Source: Caedibacter taeniospiralis (GTDB lineage Bacteria; Pseudomonadota; Gammaproteobacteria; Francisellales; Francisellaceae). From it: 32,000 bases of DNA. A model generated the notes under the pieces. It had not been told where the DNA came from, ran no database searches, and was given only the letters and a program-made list of their open reading frames with translations. Below, piece by piece: positions 9,397 to 19,266 of the stretch. A program made the position numbers and the translations under genes. How positions within the stretch are numbered: the stretch's first letter is position 1; each line of letters starts with the position of its first letter. Location of the stretch: positions 60,059 through 92,058 of the forward strand of contig NZ_PGGB02000005.1 in NCBI RefSeq assembly GCF_002803295.2, read 5' to 3'.

Positions 9397-11304
9397 ATGG
9401 CAGTTATCATGATTATACTCCCCCCCCCTGTTTTAGGTGATTTAGATCTGCACTTATTTGGTGAAGGGAAACATTGGCGTATTTATCGTAAGATGGGTGC
9501 TCATTGCATGAGCATCAATGCAATAGAAGGAGTGTACTTTTGTGTGTGGGCTCCCTCAGCAAAAAGAGTTTCTGTGGTTGGAAGCTTTAATAACTGGAAT
9601 GGTCTGCGGCATTTAATGCGTGGTCTTGGCAACTCTGGTGTCTGGGAAATATTTATCCCCGAAGTGCAAGCGGGAGATGCGTATAAGTACGAAATTTTAA
9701 CGCAAAAAGATCAGTGTCTGATCAAAACTGACCCGTATGCAATGTCTATGGAGCTTAGACCCTCGAGCAATTCTATTGTCAGCACGTCTGGGTATTTATG
9801 GAAAGATAAGCATTGGCTACGTGCTCGCAAACAATTTCAGTGGCAACATGAGCCGATCAATATCTATGAGGTGCATTTAGGCTCCTGGCAACGTGAGAGT
9901 GATGGTCGGTTTTTAAATTATAAAGTGTTAGCACATAAATTGGTTGAGTACCTTAAATGGATGGCGTACACCCACATTGAATTGCTGCCAATTATGGAAC
10001 ATCCTCTTGATGAATCCTGGGGATATCAGGTCTCAGGATACTATGCTCCCACCAGTCGTTTCGGAACTCCTGATGATTTTCGCTATTTTGTCGATTATTG
10101 TCATCAAAATAATATTGGGGTATTTTTAGACTGGGTGCCTGCCCATTTCCCAAAAGATATATTTGCCTTAGGCAGATTTGATGGCACGGCGTTATATGAG
10201 CACGCCGATCCCCGTCAAGGTGAGCACCAGGATTGGGGGACCTATATTTTTAATTATAATCGCAATGAAGTCCGTAATTTTCTGATTGCAAATGCCTTAT
10301 ATTGGATTGATGAGTTCCACATAGATGGGCTGCGTGTTGATGCGGTAGCCTCAATGCTTTATTTAAATTACTCGCGCAAAGAAGGTCAGTGGATTCCCAA
10401 TGAATTTGGTGGGCATGAAAACCTTGAAGCCATTGAGTTTTTAAAAACTTTAAATATTGAAGTTCACTCTCAGCATCCAGGTGTGGTGATGATGGCAGAG
10501 GAATCGACCTCGTGGCCTATGGTCTCTAAACCAACGAGTATGGGAGGTATTGGTTTTTCGATGAAATGGAATATGGGCTGGATGAATGATACATTGAAGT
10601 ATTTCCAATATGATCCCATTTATCGCCAGTTTCACCACAATGAATTAACGTTTTCTCAAACCTATGCCTATAGCGAAAATTTCGTTTTACCGCTTTCTCA
10701 TGACGAGGTCGTTCATCTAAAGCATGCCCTGATCAATAAAATGCCAGGTGATGACTGGCAAAAAATGGCAAATCTTCGTTTGTTGTTTGGATATCAACAG
10801 CTGACACCTGGTAAGAAGCTATTGTTCATGGGCGCTGAGTTTGCACAATGGAATGAATGGAGTGAAAAAAAAGCCCTTGACTGGTATTTATGTGAACATC
10901 CCTCTCACCGAGGAATTATGCGTTTGGTTCGCGATCTAAATCACTTATATCGACAGGAGAAAGCATTGCATCAGTATGATTTTGAACAACGGGGATTTAG
11001 GTGGATAGACTGTAATGATCACAGCCAGTCTATTCTAAGTTTCATACGCCAAACAGAAAATGCACAATTAGTTTGTGTGTTTAATTTTACGCCAGTTAAA
11101 CGCGCTTCCTATCGAATTGGTTTGCCTGAGCCTGGTCTTTACAAAGAATTACTCAATTCGGACTCCACTTACTATGGAGGCTCAAATATTGGTTGTTTTG
11201 GGCAAGTCCATTCAGTAAACATTCCTTGTATGGGTTGCCAAGATTCTGTTGAGATTGTGATCCCTCCATTAGCATTTATCGTATTAAAGAAAATGGCTGA
11301 GTGA
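9397..11304 (+). CDS. glgB: 1,4-alpha-glucan branching enzyme (short form)
   Basis: CBM48 plus GH13 layout with motifs VWAPSAKRVSVVGSFNNWNG, DWVPAHF, GLRVDAVASMLY, MAEEST and SHDEV. The 5' end is uncertain because of a C9 tract (see findings). Confidence 0.9.
   Translation: MAVIMIILPPPVLGDLDLHLFGEGKHWRIYRKMGAHCMSINAIEGVYFCVWAPSAKRVSVVGSFNNWNGLRHLMRGLGNSGVWEIFIPEVQAGDAYKYEILTQKDQCLIKTDPYAMSMELRPSSNSIVSTSGYLWKDKHWLRARKQFQWQHEPINIYEVHLGSWQRESDGRFLNYKVLAHKLVEYLKWMAYTHIELLPIMEHPLDESWGYQVSGYYAPTSRFGTPDDFRYFVDYCHQNNIGVFLDWVPAHFPKDIFALGRFDGTALYEHADPRQGEHQDWGTYIFNYNRNEVRNFLIANALYWIDEFHIDGLRVDAVASMLYLNYSRKEGQWIPNEFGGHENLEAIEFLKTLNIEVHSQHPGVVMMAEESTSWPMVSKPTSMGGIGFSMKWNMGWMNDTLKYFQYDPIYRQFHHNELTFSQTYAYSENFVLPLSHDEVVHLKHALINKMPGDDWQKMANLRLLFGYQQLTPGKKLLFMGAEFAQWNEWSEKKALDWYLCEHPSHRGIMRLVRDLNHLYRQEKALHQYDFEQRGFRWIDCNDHSQSILSFIRQTENAQLVCVFNFTPVKRASYRIGLPEPGLYKELLNSDSTYYGGSNIGCFGQVHSVNIPCMGCQDSVEIVIPPLAFIVLKKMAE
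9420..9428 (+). repeat. C9 homopolymer inside the first codons of glgB
   Basis: Nine consecutive C read directly from the sequence, which is unusual in this AT-rich context. Confidence 0.95.
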
Positions 11305-11391
11305 TAAGGGATATCAAGTTTAATAAGATACCCATTTGACGGTAGTAGTAGGGTGGAGATCCCTAAACTTATGGGCTTTACGTCATTGTGA

Positions 11392-11413
11392 GCGAGGATA
11401 TTGTCCCAATGCC
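11392..11413 (+). repeat. short dispersed intergenic repeat, copy 1 (GCGAGGATATTGTCCCAATGCC)
   Basis: Matches 17725-17745 with one mismatch and one 1-nt indel. Both copies are intergenic. Confidence 0.75.
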
Positions 11414-11482
11414 AAAAAGTCTGCAAAATAGTTTACGATGAGTATATAATGCGGATCATTGAATTATCGATCAACCATCAAC

Positions 11483-12967
11483 ATGCCTAAGTGTTTAAAT
11501 ATTCTGTTTGCTTCATCTGAAGCGGTGCCTTTTATAAAAACGGGGGGCTTGGCAGATGTAAGCGGTAGTTTGCCAAAAGCGTTAAGTCACTTGGGTCTCG
11601 CGGTATCTGTTATTATTCCTGCGTATCGCGAGGTATTAGCAAGTGTGGTTGATGCAAAAGTGGTGAGTCAATTTAGCGTTTTTGGGTTTGGCAAAATCTA
11701 TTACGTCAAACTGATTGAAGCACGAGTTCCAATTCCAAGCACGTCGCTTACATTCTGGTTTATTGATATCCCAGAGCTATTTGATCGTCCCCATGGTATC
11801 TACTTAGCAGAGGATGGTAAAGACTGGTGGGATAATGGCGAACGTTTTGCCATATTTTCTAAAGCGGTTACTGAAGTCGCCATGAATAGAGTCAAGCTGG
11901 ATTGGAAAGCAGATGTTGTGCATAGTAACGACTGGCAAACGGGAGTAATATCAGTTTTTCTTAAACTAGAAAAAAATTGCGCTAAAACCGTCTTTACGAT
12001 TCATAACATGGCATATCAAGGCAGTTTTCCGTATGAAGTATTTAAAGCCATGAACCTGCCAGAGCACTGGTGGCATAAGGATGGATTGGAATTTTATGGT
12101 AATTTTTCCATGCTCAAAGCAGGAATTTTATTTTCAGATATTGTCACAACGGTCAGTCCAACCTATGCAAAAGAAATATGTACGCCCAGGTTTGCTTATG
12201 GTCTTGAAGGGGTAATGCGTCGGTGTCAGCTTGAAGGTAAACTATTTGGGATTTTAAATGGAATAGATCAAGCCCATTGGAATCCGCAAAAGGATACACT
12301 CATTCCCTATCGGTATTCTGCAAGCTATCGATTGATGGCAAATAAATTTAAAAATAAACAGGCTTTACTGTCAGCACTAGGTGTCGGTGGTGGTATTGTA
12401 AACCTTGAAGCGCCACTATTTGGGTTAGTTGGCAGGTTAATTGAGCAAAAGGGCATCGATTTAATTCTGAGTGTTGTGCCTGATTTACTGACCTACAGCA
12501 ATGCAAATTTTGTGTTTCTTGGATCAGGTGATCATCATTTCGAGCACGCTATTAAGTTATTTGCAGAGCATTACCCTGATAGGGTTTTAGTACGCATTGG
12601 CTACGCTGAAAAGTTGGCACATATGATTGAAGCAGGGGCTGATCTGTTTTTGATGCCATCTCGTTTTGAACCCTGTGGACTCAACCAGCTCTATAGTTTG
12701 GCTTATGGCACGCTACCGATCGTTCACCACACAGGCGGCTTGGCAGATACGGTTGTAAATGCAAGCACAGAAAATATAGCAAGAGGTACCGCAACTGGTT
12801 TTGTTTTTTATGAGCCTACCGCGTATGCACTCAAAGAAACCATGTATTATGCTATCAGCCTTTTTGCTCAGAAAGAACGATGGAAGGGGATACAAAGAAC
12901 GGCAATGGCTCAAAATTTGAGCTGGGAAAACAGTGCTAAAGCGTATTTGGATTTATATTGTTTGTAA
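11483..12967 (+). CDS. glgA: glycogen synthase (GT5)
   Basis: The N-terminus ILFASSEAVPFIKTGGLADV matches the KTGGL signature. The C-terminal region reads PSRFEPCGLNQLY...GGLADTV. The ATG at 11483 is preferred over the TTG at 11459. Confidence 0.9.
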   Translation: MPKCLNILFASSEAVPFIKTGGLADVSGSLPKALSHLGLAVSVIIPAYREVLASVVDAKVVSQFSVFGFGKIYYVKLIEARVPIPSTSLTFWFIDIPELFDRPHGIYLAEDGKDWWDNGERFAIFSKAVTEVAMNRVKLDWKADVVHSNDWQTGVISVFLKLEKNCAKTVFTIHNMAYQGSFPYEVFKAMNLPEHWWHKDGLEFYGNFSMLKAGILFSDIVTTVSPTYAKEICTPRFAYGLEGVMRRCQLEGKLFGILNGIDQAHWNPQKDTLIPYRYSASYRLMANKFKNKQALLSALGVGGGIVNLEAPLFGLVGRLIEQKGIDLILSVVPDLLTYSNANFVFLGSGDHHFEHAIKLFAEHYPDRVLVRIGYAEKLAHMIEAGADLFLMPSRFEPCGLNQLYSLAYGTLPIVHHTGGLADTVVNASTENIARGTATGFVFYEPTAYALKETMYYAISLFAQKERWKGIQRTAMAQNLSWENSAKAYLDLYCL

Positions 12968-12985
12968 ACCTGACTATTCCAGAGT

Positions 12986-13010
12986 AGTCAGGTAAACCTG
13001 ACTTATTTTT
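12986..13010 (+). terminator. putative intrinsic terminator after glgA
   Basis: AGTCAGG-TAAA-CCTGACT stem-loop followed by TATTTTT. A competing upstream hairpin exists (see findings). Confidence 0.45.
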
Positions 13011-13055
13011 CAATAGTCACTAAGGTTAATGGAGTTTTTATTAGAGGTAAAAAAT

Positions 13056-15551
13056 ATGGTAAAAAATACAGAAAAAGCTTCTCAGATCATGGCACAGGTT
13101 GAGAGCGAAGTTGATAGTAATAAAGAGCAAATTGCAAAAAGCTTTATCCATTACTTATACAATTCACTGGGTCGAGAAATCGATTCTAAGGCACATTATC
13201 TGGAGCATGCGCTTGTTTATACCATTCGCGATCGACTGATGATTAATTGGAAAAAAACAGAACAAAGATACGCTATCAAAAATTTGAGGAAAGGATACTA
13301 TCTTTCCATGGAGTTTCTGATAGGACGTTCTTTGACCAATAGTCTGATCAATCTAGGATTGAAAGATATTACGCTTGCCGCCTTATATGATTTGGGTCTC
13401 AACTTTGAAGAAATTGAAGAGGCTGAGCATGATGCAGGGTTAGGCAATGGCGGTTTAGGAAGATTGGCCGCCTGCTTTATGGATAGTTGTGCCACATTGG
13501 CTTTGCCGGTTATGGGGTACGGATTGCGCTACGAATATGGAATGTTTAGGCAGCATATAAAAAATGGTTACCAGGTAGAAGAGCCTGATCAGTGGTTGCG
13601 CCATGGTTACTACCCCTGGGGATTAATGCGTAGAGAATATACCAGGGTGGTTAAGTTTGGAGGTAGAACCGTTAAATCAGTTCACCCTGACACAGGACGG
13701 CTCATGGTGAAATGGGAAGATACTTGCCCCGTATTGGCTGTGCCATTTGATGTTCCTGTACCTGGATTTAGCAATAATGTTGTCAATACCTTAAGATTAT
13801 GGTCAGCGGCAGCCGTTGAAGCGTTTAATCTCAATGCGTTTAACGCAGGCTCATATGCCTCTTCGGTGGCAGAAAAAAATAATGCAGAAAGTATCACAAT
13901 GGTACTTTATCCAAATGATGCAAGTGAAAATGGTAAGGAATTACGTCTTAAACAGCAGTATTTCCTGGTGTCAGCAAGTCTTCAGGATATTGTTGTGCAA
14001 TGGGCAGAGAAAAATAATAATGATTTTACTCAATTTGCTGAAAACAATACCTTTCAACTAAATGATACCCACCCAAGTCTTGCAATTGCAGAGTTAATGC
14101 GACTTTTAATGGATGAGTATGAGTTAGAATGGCAGGATGCCTGGGAGATAACGAGCAAAACCATGGCGTATACTAACCATACTTTATTGCCTGAAGCATT
14201 AGAAAAGTGGCATGTTTCACTCTTTGAGCGCCTATTGCCACGCCTGTTGGAAGTTATTTATGAGATCAATAAGCGGTTTTTAAATGTCATTGAGCAGAAA
14301 TGGTCAGACGATATCAGTAAACAGCGCGAGCTATCTATCATTGACGAAGATAATATGGTGCGCATGGCACATTTAGCCATCGTAGGCAGTTATTCGGTAA
14401 ATGGTGTCGCAGAGCTACATTCTCAGCTGTTAAAAGAGAGTTTGTTTAAAACGTTTTATGATTTATGGCCACAAAAATTTAATAACAAAACCAATGGCGT
14501 GACCCAAAGGCGCTGGCTGGCGGTTTGTAATCCTGAGCTTAAACAGTTATTGGAGGATAAAATTGGAGGGGATTGGATTGTAAATCTTGATGAGTTAAAA
14601 AAAATAGAAGCATTTGCAGAGGAGAGTGCATTTTGCGAGCGCTGGGAGAAAGTCAGACTTGCTAATAAAAAACGTTTAGCTAATTACATTAAAAAAGAAA
14701 CCGGAGTGGAGTTTGATCCCAGTGCGTTATTTGATGTTCAGGTAAAACGGATTCACGAATATAAGCGCCAGCTGTTAAATATTCTGCATGTTATTCATCT
14801 TTATAACAGGATTAAAAGAGGGCAAACTCAACATTGGACTAATCGCTGTGTGATTATTGGCGGCAAAGCAGCGCCAGGTTATTACATGGCAAAGCTTATT
14901 ATTAAGTTGATCAATAATGTGGCAGATAGGATTAACCATGATTTAGAAGTTGGGGATAAGCTTAAGGTTGTTTTTCTGCCAAATTACAGCGTTTCAGCAA
15001 TGGAAGTGATTTGTGCAGGAACAGATTTATCCGAGCAAATTTCTACAGCAGGCAAAGAAGCTTCAGGCACGGGTAATATGAAGTTTATGATGAATGGTGC
15101 GATCACCATTGGCACGCTCGATGGTGCTAATGTTGAAATATTAGAGGAAGTGGGTAACGAGAATTTTTTTCTCTTTGGATTAAAAACAGCTGAGGTTTCT
15201 GCGCTGCGCAAACATTACAACCCTGAGCACTTTATCCAAAATAATAACGACCTTAAACAAGTGATGGATAGGCTTGAGTCTGGATTTTTTAATGAAGAAG
15301 AACCGAATATTTTTGACAGCATCATAGGTTCATTAAAAAGCCCGTATGATCCCTGGATGACTTTAGCAGATTTTGCAGACTATCTACAGGCACAACAGCG
15401 GGCAGCGAATACCTTTCAAAATAAGGCGGGTTGGATAAAAATGAGCATCATAAACTGTGCGCGAAGCGGTCGTTTTTCATCAGATCGCACGATACGTCAA
15501 TACAATGATGAAATATGGAAGCTAAGCCCCGTGGGTATAGACAAAACGTAG
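13056..15551 (+). CDS. glgP: glycogen/maltodextrin phosphorylase (GT35)
   Basis: Contains the PLP-lysine motif EASGTGNMKFMMNGA, plus GLGNGGLGRLAACF and NDTHP. The ATG at 13056 has a GAGGT Shine-Dalgarno sequence 7 nt upstream. The ATG at 13029 is an alternative. Confidence 0.9.
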   Translation: MVKNTEKASQIMAQVESEVDSNKEQIAKSFIHYLYNSLGREIDSKAHYLEHALVYTIRDRLMINWKKTEQRYAIKNLRKGYYLSMEFLIGRSLTNSLINLGLKDITLAALYDLGLNFEEIEEAEHDAGLGNGGLGRLAACFMDSCATLALPVMGYGLRYEYGMFRQHIKNGYQVEEPDQWLRHGYYPWGLMRREYTRVVKFGGRTVKSVHPDTGRLMVKWEDTCPVLAVPFDVPVPGFSNNVVNTLRLWSAAAVEAFNLNAFNAGSYASSVAEKNNAESITMVLYPNDASENGKELRLKQQYFLVSASLQDIVVQWAEKNNNDFTQFAENNTFQLNDTHPSLAIAELMRLLMDEYELEWQDAWEITSKTMAYTNHTLLPEALEKWHVSLFERLLPRLLEVIYEINKRFLNVIEQKWSDDISKQRELSIIDEDNMVRMAHLAIVGSYSVNGVAELHSQLLKESLFKTFYDLWPQKFNNKTNGVTQRRWLAVCNPELKQLLEDKIGGDWIVNLDELKKIEAFAEESAFCERWEKVRLANKKRLANYIKKETGVEFDPSALFDVQVKRIHEYKRQLLNILHVIHLYNRIKRGQTQHWTNRCVIIGGKAAPGYYMAKLIIKLINNVADRINHDLEVGDKLKVVFLPNYSVSAMEVICAGTDLSEQISTAGKEASGTGNMKFMMNGAITIGTLDGANVEILEEVGNENFFLFGLKTAEVSALRKHYNPEHFIQNNNDLKQVMDRLESGFFNEEEPNIFDSIIGSLKSPYDPWMTLADFADYLQAQQRAANTFQNKAGWIKMSIINCARSGRFSSDRTIRQYNDEIWKLSPVGIDKT

Positions 15552-15810
15552 CTACCCAGCAGGTCTAAAAATAAGCAGAAAATCGGATTTAAATCTGAAT
15601 AACTTTGTTTGAAAAGCAGCTTCACAAAAGAGAATTGACTTATTTGTGAACATGATTGACTTTAAAACACTCTATTTCATGAGCATTTATCATGCTGCTA
15701 GGTAGTTACCAAAGAAGGTACTATCGGAGTTAAAAACCAGGTGCAAAAAGCATTGCAGGTGGCGTAAGGTGAATAGGAATAAGAGTTCTTAAAAAAACTT
15801 TCTTGGCAAC

Positions 15811-15822
15811 TTGGGGTAGTAT
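15811..15822 (+). repeat. isolated copy of the palindrome arm core TTGGGGTAGTAT
   Basis: Exact 12-mer match to the right arm of the 7729-7776 palindrome. It lies in the glgP / GT39 convergent spacer. Confidence 0.8.
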
Positions 15823-15855
15823 CTCTCAGAAATCAGCAAAAGGATGTAACTCGAG

Positions 15856-17586
15856 CTATTGAGTAAGTGCTGCTTCTGCCACAGAGTGATTTGTCAATAA
15901 GTAGCGTTTAGGCGTTTGTGCTAATAGATATCCTTGGTAAGGTTTACCCTGTTTAAAATACGTATCATAGTTATCGTCATCGGTCATTACAAACACACGC
16001 TGATCACTTTGCCAGATAGGCCAAAATTGCGCAGCGGTTCTTAAAGTTTTATCCGCCCCTGAGTCTGGCATTTTCGCTGTATTGGCCAGCTCTCCCTCAT
16101 TGGCAACAATCCAGGTTAAACGATTTAAATAAAACTGAGCGTCATAATAATAACCACCATAGTTGGCAACGATGGCATTTGGATAGGTTTTTAACAATAA
16201 CGCAACAATGTTTGTTAATGGCTTTACCGTTTTTTGGGCAAAATACTGCGAGCCAGACCAGCCTAAATTTAAAATAATCATCATCGCAAACACAAAGCAC
16301 AACATCATTGCTTTGAGGTTGTTTTTTCTTAAGTAACCAAATCCAACAATCGTTGTGACCAGAGCCACTATTGCCCCTGGCCAATAGAATGCTGCAATTT
16401 CACTAAAGAACATGGAAAAGTTTGAAATAAATGGCAACACCACAAAGGCAATGGCAATGATCAGGAAAAAAAACAGTGTGATTGCAACACTTGCCTTCGT
16501 CGATTTGCGCATTTCAGGTTCATTGAGAAGCTTATCAACGCGGCGTGCGATCAAGATGGCAAATGGCGTAATGATTGGAATTAAATAACCCATGAGTATT
16601 GATTTTGAGAAAGCAAAAAACAATAAAATCGCCATACCCCAAATAAATAAAAACCATTCATTTTCATGTTTTTTACGGTTTTCCCATTTCAGTAACACCG
16701 ATGTGAATGCCTGTGGTAAAAAGCCAAACCAAGGGAAAAAGCCGATGATAAAAATTCCAGCATAGACAAACTTACTCATCTGTCGCCCCTGCTCATCGGT
16801 GGCATAGCGCAAAATCTGTTGCACGATCACGTAGTAATAGAAAAACTCAGGATGCTGGTTATTCACTGCAATAACCCATGGTGCTGAAATTATTGTAACA
16901 ATAACCAAACCAAGGTAAAGACGGTAATCAAGTAACAGCCTATATTTTCCAACAACGATTGCCCATAGCCCAATAATCATCATTGGAAATACAATACCAA
17001 TAAGACCTTTGGTCATTACTGCAAGCCCAGAAAAAATAAAGGCATTCAATAACCAAAGATGTGCTTGCCAGCTCTTTTGAGCATATTGTCTTGATGCCCA
17101 GAAGGACAGCATTGTGATCGTCAGAAAAAATGCAATGCCGGCATCCAGATTGAGATAGCGACCACCACCTAAATATAAAATTGAGGTTCCCGTAATCAAA
17201 GCCGCCCAGAATGACACACGCCTTTTTTGGTAGACGATGCGGCAAACAATATAAACAAACCACACCCCAATAATCGATAACACAGGATTTGGCAGTCTTG
17301 CTGCCCAGATATTAAAACCAAAAATTTTTAAGGACAACGCCGTCAACCAGTAGATCATTGGCGGTTTTTCAAAATAAATAACCCCATCCAGGTGCGGCAC
17401 GATGTATTCGTGATTGACAAGCATCTCACGTGCGATTTCAGCATAACGCCCTTCATCCGGGGTAAACAGCACGGGTACGCCATAAAGGCATAAAGCAATT
17501 GCCATGATAATAGTCACTATTAATAAATCACACCAAAATATTCGATCCATTTGCCAACGAAGGCGACTCATCTTTTTTTCCATCAT
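15856..17586 (-). CDS. glycosyltransferase family 39 (ArnT/PMT-like, undecaprenyl-phosphate-sugar dependent)
   Basis: Polytopic membrane protein with an N-terminal DEGRYAEIAREM loop motif typical of the ArnT/PMT_2 family. The start is uncertain (ATG at 17586, 17583 or 17571). The track TTG at 17649 is unlikely. Confidence 0.75.
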   Translation of the reverse strand: MMEKKMSRLRWQMDRIFWCDLLIVTIIMAIALCLYGVPVLFTPDEGRYAEIAREMLVNHEYIVPHLDGVIYFEKPPMIYWLTALSLKIFGFNIWAARLPNPVLSIIGVWFVYIVCRIVYQKRRVSFWAALITGTSILYLGGGRYLNLDAGIAFFLTITMLSFWASRQYAQKSWQAHLWLLNAFIFSGLAVMTKGLIGIVFPMMIIGLWAIVVGKYRLLLDYRLYLGLVIVTIISAPWVIAVNNQHPEFFYYYVIVQQILRYATDEQGRQMSKFVYAGIFIIGFFPWFGFLPQAFTSVLLKWENRKKHENEWFLFIWGMAILLFFAFSKSILMGYLIPIITPFAILIARRVDKLLNEPEMRKSTKASVAITLFFFLIIAIAFVVLPFISNFSMFFSEIAAFYWPGAIVALVTTIVGFGYLRKNNLKAMMLCFVFAMMIILNLGWSGSQYFAQKTVKPLTNIVALLLKTYPNAIVANYGGYYYDAQFYLNRLTWIVANEGELANTAKMPDSGADKTLRTAAQFWPIWQSDQRVFVMTDDDNYDTYFKQGKPYQGYLLAQTPKRYLLTNHSVAEAALTQ

Positions 17587-17683
17587 ATCTACGACCAATG
17601 TTTTAAGCTGGCAAGAGTATACCATCAGTGTGCCATTTTGCAGATTCAATCATCAGGAAATAAGTTACCGCCTACTTTTACAA

Positions 17684-17703
17684 GGGCGTATTGCAATACG
17701 CCC
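17684..17703. repeat. perfect 20-bp GC-rich palindrome GGGCGTATTGCAATACGCCC
   Basis: Read directly from the sequence, in the glnA / GT39 spacer. Confidence 0.9.
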
Positions 17704-17724
17704 CTACGCCATCTACCATCATCA

Positions 17725-17745
17725 GCGAAGATATTGTCCCATGCC
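17725..17745 (+). repeat. short dispersed intergenic repeat, copy 2 (GCGAAGATATTGTCCCATGCC)
   Basis: See copy 1. It sits between two GC-rich hairpins in the glnA / GT39 spacer. Confidence 0.75.
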
Positions 17746-17801
17746 TGAAATTTCAAGTGGCGAGTACATGAGCAGTTTATGCTCTCCAAGACAGGCTTCG
17801 C

Positions 17802-17821
17802 CCCCTTCACAAGTGAAGGGG
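17802..17821 (-). terminator. GC-rich hairpin 33 nt downstream of the glnA stop (possible terminator, no U-tract)
   Basis: CCCCTTCAC-AA-GTGAAGGGG, a 9-bp perfect stem. No T-run follows on either strand, so terminator function is uncertain. Confidence 0.35.
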
Positions 17822-17853
17822 AATTTAGCGCCCACGAATTTGGAATGGGTCCG

Positions 17854-19266
17854 TTACAGGCTATAATACATCTGAAACTCAATTGGATGCGGCGCCATAT
17901 TTAACTTCTGGACTTCCTCCATTTTAAGATCTATATAAGCATCAATAATATCATCAGAAAACACGCCACTTGCCGTTAAAAATTCACGATCCTGATCAAG
18001 CGCAGTTAGCGCTTCCTCAAGGGAGCCTGCTACGGTTGGAATATCATACAACTCCTCAGGTGGCAAGTTGTATAAGTTTTTATCCATTGCCTCGCCTGGA
18101 TGAATTTTATTTTTGATCCCATCAAGCCCTGCCATCACCATGGCTGAAAACGCTAAGTATGGGTTTGCCATTGGATCGACGAAACGCACTTCTATACGAC
18201 GCGCTTTTTCACTATTAACAAAAGGGATACGAATAGATGCCGAGCGATTGCGTGCGGAATAAGCAAGTAATACAGGTGCTTCAAATCCAGGAACCAGGCG
18301 CTTGTAACTATTGGTCGATGGATTACAGAATGCGTTTAATGCCTTTGCGTGTTTGATAATACCGCCTATGTAGTAAAGTGCTTCTTCTGAGAGTCCAGCG
18401 TAACCATTACCTGCAAACAGATTCTTGCCATTTTTTGATAAGGATTGGTGCACGTGCATCCCAGAGCCGTTATCTCCTGGAATAGGTTTTGGCATAAAAG
18501 TTGCACTCTTGCCGTAAGCATTAGCCACATTGTGCACTACGTATTTGAATACCTGCGTCTGATCTGCTTTATCGACCAGCGTTGAAAACTTGGTTCCAAT
18601 TTCACACTGCCCCGCTGTCGCTACTTCATGATGGTGAACCTCAACCTTCTGTCCAAGCTCTTCTAAAACTGAGCACATTTCTGAGCGAATATCTTGCAAT
18701 GAATCCACTGGCGGCACGGGGAAATAACCGCCTTTAACACCTGGTTTATGTCCATTGTTAAGACCATTGGCAAAATCATTTGTGCTCCATGCAGCTTCAT
18801 GACTCCTGATTTTGTATTCAGAGCCTTCCATATCTGATTTATAAGTGACATTGTCAAAAATGAAAAACTCAGGCTCTGGACCAAAAAATGCCGTGTCGGC
18901 AATCCCTGTTGATTTAATATAGGTTTCACATCTTTTTGCAATCGAACGCGGATCGCGATCATAAGCCTGCATCGTTGCGGGCTCCAGAATGTTGCAGCGA
19001 ATGATCAAAGTCGGCGCGTCAAAAAATGGATCGACAAGCATCGCTGAAGCATCAGGCATTAAAATCATATCCGACTCATTTATCCCTTTCCAGCCTTCAA
19101 TTGATGAGCCATCAAACATTTTGCCATCATTGAAAAAATCGTCATCCACAGCATGCACGGGAATGGTGACGTGTTGTTCCTTACCTTTAGTATCTGTGAA
19201 TCGAAGATCGACAAACTCGATTCCATATTCACTCACCATGGCTTGATAATGTGTAAAGTCAGACAT
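17854..19266 (-). CDS. glnA: glutamine synthetase type I
   Basis: 470 aa with a full-length GSI pattern, including the adenylylation-loop sequence [10 protein letters not shown] and the motifs GSGMHVHQS and NPYLAFSAM. Confidence 0.95.
   Translation of the reverse strand: MSDFTHYQAMVSEYGIEFVDLRFTDTKGKEQHVTIPVHAVDDDFFNDGKMFDGSSIEGWKGINESDMILMPDASAMLVDPFFDAPTLIIRCNILEPATMQAYDRDPRSIAKRCETYIKSTGIADTAFFGPEPEFFIFDNVTYKSDMEGSEYKIRSHEAAWSTNDFANGLNNGHKPGVKGGYFPVPPVDSLQDIRSEMCSVLEELGQKVEVHHHEVATAGQCEIGTKFSTLVDKADQTQVFKYVVHNVANAYGKSATFMPKPIPGDNGSGMHVHQSLSKNGKNLFAGNGYAGLSEEALYYIGGIIKHAKALNAFCNPSTNSYKRLVPGFEAPVLLAYSARNRSASIRIPFVNSEKARRIEVRFVDPMANPYLAFSAMVMAGLDGIKNKIHPGEAMDKNLYNLPPEELYDIPTVAGSLEEALTALDQDREFLTASGVFSDDIIDAYIDLKMEEVQKLNMAPHPIEFQMYYSL

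Noticed and set aside
17504-17882. Three overlapping ORFs (17504..17866 +, 17551..17748 +, 17646..17882 -) in the glnA / GT39 spacer
   Set aside because: They read through GC-rich palindromes and the dispersed repeat, overlap each other in different frames, and overlap the real neighbouring genes. They are most likely artefacts of repeat sequence.
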